A stretch of DNA of 64,000 bases, from contig CAVZPM010000038.1 of the NCBI GenBank assembly GCA_963777155.1, positions 35,615-99,614 on the forward strand. Reading direction: 5' to 3'. How positions within the stretch are numbered: position 1 is the stretch's first letter; each line of letters opens with the position of its first letter. Positions 58,991 to 64,000 of this stretch are shown here, piece after piece. This stretch comes from Candidatus Bathyarchaeota archaeon (GTDB lineage Archaea; Thermoproteota; Bathyarchaeia; Bathyarchaeales; Bathycorpusculaceae). Under the pieces are notes generated by a model. It saw only the letters and a program-made list of their open reading frames with translations. It made no database searches and was not told where the DNA came from. Both the position numbers and the translations under genes were made by a program.

Positions 58991-59821
58991 ATGGAGGAAC
59001 AAAAAATGAAAATTTGGAAAATATTAACAGTCTCGATTGCCGCTTTCGCGGTAGTCGCAGCCCTCTTAGCTTCAACAGTCTATGCCATGGGTCCATTTGG
59101 TGTTAACGCCTACGGTGGATACGGTGGCATGATGGGCGGGCGCGGAATGATGGGAGGCGGATACGGGTATGGTTACCCAACCCAAACCACACCAAACGGC
59201 CAATACTACCAACCCGTTTACCCGTCTATGTTCGGAGGCATGATGGGCGGATTCGGCCACGGCTTTGGTGGAATGATGAGAAGCTACGGATATTCAGCGC
59301 CATATGCTTACACTGGAACGCCGCTGACAATAACTCAAGTCCAAACCATCGCTCAGAACTATGTCGCTTCAACCGGTAATCCGGACCTAGTGGTAAAACA
59401 GATCGAAGAATACTCAGCCAACTTCTATATCCAAGTTAACGAGAAAAGCACCGGCAACGGAGCCTTCGAACTCTTAATCAACAAATATACCGGTAGCATT
59501 TACCCAGAGATGGGACCCAACATGATGTGGAACACCAAGTACGGCATGATGCGAAGCGGTGCTCTTGGCGGAATCTACGGAACCCCAACAACAACCCTGC
59601 CAGTCAATTTAGCCCAAGCAACAACTGACGCACAGCAGTACCTAACAAGCTACGTGCCTGGAACAACAACAGGAGACGTCACAACCTTCTACGGGTATTA
59701 TACCATAGAAGTCCTCAACGGAACAACCACATATGGCATGCTAAGCGTCAATGGTTACACAGGACAAGTTTGGTACCACACTTGGCACGGAACCTTCAAG
59801 CAAGAACTACAAGTTAGTTAA
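58991..59821 (+). CDS. Exported Gly/Met/Tyr-rich protein with two PepSY-like domains
   Basis: Signal peptide, GMMGG repeats, then the duplicated module (AQ.Y..G..E/TF..NF/YY..V/I..G..FE/GML.IN/VN.YTG.I/V.). Confidence 0.75.
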   Translation: MEEQKMKIWKILTVSIAAFAVVAALLASTVYAMGPFGVNAYGGYGGMMGGRGMMGGGYGYGYPTQTTPNGQYYQPVYPSMFGGMMGGFGHGFGGMMRSYGYSAPYAYTGTPLTITQVQTIAQNYVASTGNPDLVVKQIEEYSANFYIQVNEKSTGNGAFELLINKYTGSIYPEMGPNMMWNTKYGMMRSGALGGIYGTPTTTLPVNLAQATTDAQQYLTSYVPGTTTGDVTTFYGYYTIEVLNGTTTYGMLSVNGYTGQVWYHTWHGTFKQELQVS

Positions 59822-59892
59822 TTGGTTCCACTAACCTTCAGTTTTTCTTTAGTTTTTTGTCTTAATGTAAAGCATAAATGGGTGAGAGAATG

Positions 59893-59906
59893 TTAGAATA
59901 TTCGAA
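59893..59906. promoter_or_regulatory. Imperfect palindrome TTAGAATATTCGAA, putative ArsR operator
   Basis: Perfect GAATATTC core 14-27 nt upstream of the likely arsR start. Shares AATATTCTAA (opposite strand) with 58837-58846. Confidence 0.5.
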
Positions 59907-59919
59907 TAAGAGGCAAAAT

Positions 59920-60270
59920 ATGTCTAATCCAGAATTCGATCTAACCATATACCAGCTGCAGGCGGAAATTTCCAAAACCTTAGCCCACCCCCTGCGACTG
60001 GCGATCCTGCATAACCTAAAAGGCGGAGAAAAAACAGTCAACCAACTAACCCAAACCATCGGCGCAAGCCAATCCAACATATCCCAGCACCTAGCGATTC
60101 TACGGCAACGACAAATCGTCAAAACACGAAAAGATGGAACAAACATCTACTATCGCGTGGCAAGCCCCAAAATCAGCCAAGCCTGCGATATGGTGCGCGA
60201 AGTGCTCATAGAGCAACTTAACCAAAAACATGAATTAGCAAAAAACTATGCACAGGGAGTTGAGTTTTAG
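59920..60270 (+). CDS. ArsR/SmtB-family transcriptional repressor
   Basis: KTLAHPLRLAIL..GEKTVNQL..SQSNISQHLAILR..RKDG.NIYYR pattern with a single alpha5 Cys (QACD). Likely start is ATG 59920. Confidence 0.92.
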   Translation: MSNPEFDLTIYQLQAEISKTLAHPLRLAILHNLKGGEKTVNQLTQTIGASQSNISQHLAILRQRQIVKTRKDGTNIYYRVASPKISQACDMVREVLIEQLNQKHELAKNYAQGVEF

Positions 60271-60426
60271 ATGTGTGGTTGTGGATGCGGCTGTGGTTCG
60301 GATTCCAGCTACGAACGAACAGAAACAGCTCCAGAAGTTGAGATGAATCCCTGCAAGTACTGTGGGGCACTCTTCCAACAAACCGCTACGTTTTGCCCAA
60401 ATTGCGGAGCCAAACGAACAGTATAA
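60271..60426 (+). CDS. Cys-rich 51-aa peptide with an N-terminal CGCGCGC and a zinc ribbon (not in ORF track)
   Basis: Manual translation MCGCGCGCGSDSSYERTETAPEVEMNPCKYCGALFQQTATFCPNCGAKRTV. The ATG abuts the arsR TAG and is preceded by GGGAGT. Confidence 0.8.
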   Translation: MCGCGCGCGSDSSYERTETAPEVEMNPCKYCGALFQQTATFCPNCGAKRTV

Positions 60427-60526
60427 CACAAATTAGAAAACCCTAAAGACCACTTAGATTCAAAATTGAAGGAGATTCTTAAAAATACCCAATCTTAAAA
60501 TTTTCTTAACAATCATTCTTTCAGTA

Positions 60527-61192
60527 TTGTTTTTAGCAGTTTTAGTTTTTCCAGTTTTCGCAGTAACATATAGTGCTGGAGTAATGTCAGGTCAATATGT
60601 TAAATACGGCAATTTCGCCGAATTTGGCCCGGGATTTGAAGGGTTAGGCGACCAAGACTCGCTTACCCTACAAGTTACGAATGTTGCTGGAAGCCAGGTG
60701 ACGCTGCTTTCAACGGGACAATTCAAGAACGGTTCCGCTGTTCCTGGTAACGGCACAGTTACTGTTTGGGATGTTGCAACTGGAACAGAAAATGGGGCAC
60801 TAAGCACTCAAGGTCCCATAATTGCCGCCAACCTCAATGCGGGCAACCCGATTCCACCCTCAGATACTTACACCGTAAACAGCACAGAAAGCCGCCAGTA
60901 CCTGGGTACCACCAGAAATGTCAATATCCTCAGCATCACAATATCTACGCCGGACTACAATTCAAGCTTAACTTACATTTACGATAAAACCTCAGGAATG
61001 CTGCTTGAATCCTCCTCTCAGACGACCGCGCAAGGCGAATCTGGACCAGTCACATCCGAATATTCATACAGCATCACTCAAACAAACATTTTTGCACCAG
61101 CCCCATCCATACCTGAAACAACATTCACAGTTGCCGCGATAACAGCAGTTATTGTCATCGTTGTATTGGTGTTACTAAGGAAAAGAATCTAG
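60527..61192 (+). CDS. Hypothetical secreted beta-rich protein with a C-terminal IPE-TM-basic anchor
   Basis: Signal-like N-terminus, AGVMSGQYVKY and YIYDKTSGMLLE motifs (cf. 9973..10662), and a PSIPET-TM-RKRI C-terminus. Confidence 0.75.
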   Translation: MFLAVLVFPVFAVTYSAGVMSGQYVKYGNFAEFGPGFEGLGDQDSLTLQVTNVAGSQVTLLSTGQFKNGSAVPGNGTVTVWDVATGTENGALSTQGPIIAANLNAGNPIPPSDTYTVNSTESRQYLGTTRNVNILSITISTPDYNSSLTYIYDKTSGMLLESSSQTTAQGESGPVTSEYSYSITQTNIFAPAPSIPETTFTVAAITAVIVIVVLVLLRKRI

Positions 61193-61239
61193 CAAACCTC
61201 TTAAGATTGTTCCATGCCTATCATTTTTGTGGAATCGTT

Positions 61240-62268
61240 TTGGGCGTAAACTTCAAAGACCTCATACCAAAAACACCCGTGAAACTTGAAGATTTAGGCG
61301 GCAAAATCATAGCCATAGACGCATACAACGCCATCTACCAGTTCCTCAGCATAATTCGCCAACCCGACGGCACGCCTCTAAAAGACAGCACTGGCAGAAT
61401 CACCAGCCACCTAAGTGGGCTCTTTTACCGCACAAGCAACCTAATCGAAATGGGCATCAAACCCATCTATGTCTTTGATGGCGAATCCCCAACTTTGAAA
61501 GCCGCTGAAATTGAGCGTCGCAGACAAGTAAAAGTTGCAGCAACAATCCACTATGAGAAAGCCGCGGCAAAGGGCGATACAGAAAAAATGTTCACATACG
61601 CTCAAGCATCGACTAGTATGAAAGATTACATGTTGGGTGACAGCCAAAAACTCTTGGAACTCATGGGTTTGCCGTGGGTTCAAGCGCCGAGCGAGGGTGA
61701 AGCTCAAGCAGCATACATGAACAAAAAAGGTGACGCAGACTACTGCGCGAGCCAAGACTACGATAGCCTCCTTTTTGGAGCATGTAAACTGCTTAGGAAC
61801 GTGACTATTTCTGGGAGAAGGAGGAGAGGAAGAGTCATGATTGAGGTTGTGCCTGAAGTTGTTGAATTGCCTAAGACGCTTCATGAATGTGGTTTAACCC
61901 GTGAGCAGTTGATCGATGTTGGTATCTTGATTGGCACTGACTTTAACCCTGATGGTGTAAAAGGGATTGGACCAAAAACCGCTTTAAAACTCATAAAACA
62001 ATACGGCACTTTGAAGAATGCAGTGCCGCATTTGGAAAATGTAACTTTCGTTGATAAAATAGAAGAAATACAGCAGATTTTCTTGCACCCAAAAGTAACC
62101 GACAACTACAAGATAGAATGGAAAGAACCCGATGAGAACGGTTTAATTGATTTCATGTGCCGCGAAAAAGAGTTCGGAGAGGAACGAATCAAAAAAGCCA
62201 TAGAAAGGATGACTGCTGGAAGTAAGAAACAGAAGGGGAAAGTTTCGCTGGAAAAATGGTTCAGCTAA
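61240..62268 (+). CDS. fen: Flap endonuclease 1
   Basis: IAIDAYNAIYQFL..IRQPDGTPL, VFDG, SEGEAQAA, SQDYDSLLFG, GTDFNPDGVKGIGPK and a C-terminal PIP box (SLEKWF). Likely start is TTG 61240. Confidence 0.96.
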   Translation: MGVNFKDLIPKTPVKLEDLGGKIIAIDAYNAIYQFLSIIRQPDGTPLKDSTGRITSHLSGLFYRTSNLIEMGIKPIYVFDGESPTLKAAEIERRRQVKVAATIHYEKAAAKGDTEKMFTYAQASTSMKDYMLGDSQKLLELMGLPWVQAPSEGEAQAAYMNKKGDADYCASQDYDSLLFGACKLLRNVTISGRRRRGRVMIEVVPEVVELPKTLHECGLTREQLIDVGILIGTDFNPDGVKGIGPKTALKLIKQYGTLKNAVPHLENVTFVDKIEEIQQIFLHPKVTDNYKIEWKEPDENGLIDFMCREKEFGEERIKKAIERMTAGSKKQKGKVSLEKWFS

Positions 62269-62278
62269 GAAGATAAGG

Positions 62279-64000
62279 TTACTTTACCGTAACCGATTTT
62301 GCTAGGTTGCGGGGCATGTCGGGGTTAAATCCTTTCTCCAGAGCTACATAGTACGCCAACAGTTGTAGCGGCACCGCAAAGGGGATGGGCGAGAGTATGC
62401 TTGGTATGCCTTTTGGTACTTCGATATAATCGTCAGCTAAGGATTTGATTTCTTCATCTCCTTCCTCTATGACGGCGATTATGTTGGCGCCTCGGGCTTT
62501 CATCTCCATGATGTTGCCGATGATGGTTCTATGGGTGTCATCTCTTGGACATATGAATACAACGGGGAAGCCGTCTTCAATTAGGCTGATTGGGCCGTGT
62601 TTGCTTTCGCCTGCAGGGAACGCAATTGATGGGATATAGGCGATTTCCATGAGTTTGAGTCTACCCTCGAAAGCAGTGGCTGTGCTTATGCCTCTGCCTA
62701 AGAAGAAGAACACTTTAGAAGCCGCGTATTTCTTGGCGATTTGCTTTACCTTTTTCTCCTGTGTTCTAACAATCGTTTCGACGTCGTCTGGCATCTTTTT
62801 AAGGTTCTCTTGCAAGCAGTCGATTTCGTCCTGAGAAACCTTGCCGCGTTTCTTGGCAAGTTTGAGCGCAAGTTGAGCTAAAACCGAAAGTTGAGAAGTA
62901 AAAGTCTTGGTAGCTGCAACGCCGATTTCTGGACCTGCCTGTGTGCCGATATAAACTCTGGAAATACGCGTCATAGATGAACCGATGACGTTTGTTAGGC
63001 TTAGCACGGTTGCTGCCCTTTGCTGGGCACAGCTTACCGCAGCTATGGTGTCTGCGGTTTCGCCTGATTGACTCACAGCTAATAGTGTGCTGTCGATGTT
63101 AACGGATTTGCCACATTGCTCCAAAAACTCTGAGGCATACACGGGGTAGGTGGGCAAGAAACGCCAGTTTAGAGAACATATAGGAAGCTGCTAGGCAAGC
63201 ATGGTAACTTGTTCCACATGCAACCAAGAAAACTTCGTTGGCACGGTCAAGGAAAGTAGCAAGCAAATCCAAGTAGTGATCCTGAATACGCAAAGTGTTG
63301 CGAAGCGTTTCAGGTTGCTCATGAATTTCCTTAATCATAAAATGTGGATATCCCTGCTTAACCGCCATCTCTGCAGTCCACTCTACGGTTATTGGTTCGC
63401 GCTCAATTGCACTGTTATCTGAAATTCTTCTGATTTCGTAACCATCGGCGGTGAGGATGACGAGTTCGCCGTTGTTTATCATAACGGCTTTGTTGGTAAC
63501 CTCTAAAAACGCCGGAATATCAGAGGCGCAAAATACACCTTTGCCGTTGATTCCCAAGACGAGGGGGCTTTCGTTTCGGGCGCAGATTATCTTGTCGGGT
63601 TCACGTGTAGAAATTATGGCAAATGCGTAGGAGCCTTCTATCCGTTTGAGGCTAGCCAAAACAGCTTGTTGGAGTGTGAGGTTAGGGCTTTGTTTTAGTG
63701 TTTCCTCGATCAGATGGGGCATAACTTCGGTGTCTGTTTTTGAGACGAAGGTGTGACCGAGGTTTTGGAGTTCAGCTTTGAGTTCTATGAAGTTTTCGAT
63801 GATACCATTGTGGACTACGACGATTTCGCCTTTGCAGTCGACGTGGGGGTGAGAGTTAATTTTCAGGGGTGCACCGTGGGTTGCCCAACGCGTATGGCCG
63901 ATGCCTATGCTGCCGGGCATATCGTCCAGGTTTACTATTTTGTGTACCTCATCAATTTTTCCCGAGTCTTTTTTGATGAAGATTTTTCCGTCTGAAATGG
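62279..64000 (-). CDS. glmS: Glutamine-fructose-6-phosphate transaminase (5'-partial, frameshift near 63158)
   Basis: GIGHTRWATHG, HNGIIENF, SQSGETAD, GPEIGVAATKTF, ESKHGP and NLAKSVT motifs. The frame is open to the window end. Confidence 0.95.

Noticed and set aside
11466-63200. Programmed ribosomal frameshifting or genuine pseudogenisation of eif2a, psmB, nadC, pth2 and glmS
   Set aside because: There is no common slippery heptamer or downstream structure, the breaks I localised are mostly +1 bases in short homopolymers, and the genes are core or essential. Sequencing error is more parsimonious.

Overview
Archaeal chromosomal segment, most consistent with a TACK-superphylum organism such as Bathyarchaeia. 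This is inferred from TFE-beta, FEN1, KEOPS genes, form III RuBisCO, a Thr1-less proteasome beta subunit and multiple PQQ-like beta-propeller surface-protein genes. Housekeeping content includes pyrF, eIF2-alpha, rps15-DHH-pcc1, rdgB-bud32-kae1, rlmE, nadC, nadM, truD, pth2, cdc48, EF-1beta, fen and glmS, plus tRNA-Leu(TAG) and tRNA-Thr(GGT). Metabolic content includes the complete AMP/pentose-bisphosphate pathway (R15P isomerase, RuBisCO III, AMP phosphorylase within about 7 kb) and a redox block (trxB, a double ferredoxin-MvhD fusion, nfnAB, and a rubredoxin-pyruvate-oxidase-like fusion). Accessory content includes a three-gene putative protein O-mannosylation cluster, a GH3 acyl-adenylate enzyme, a DUF4258/DUF2283 toxin-antitoxin pair inside a tRNA-Leu att-like mini-island, one full-length and three 5'-truncated copies of a surface-protein gene family, and an ArsR locus with an unannotated CGCGCGC Cys-rich peptide. 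Several real small ORFs fall below the ORF-track cutoff. About a dozen genes, including essential ones, are broken by frameshifts. The ones I could localise are mostly single-base insertions in short homopolymers, so they are probably sequencing or assembly errors rather than pseudogenes. No CRISPR array, rRNA, integrase or transposase was seen.
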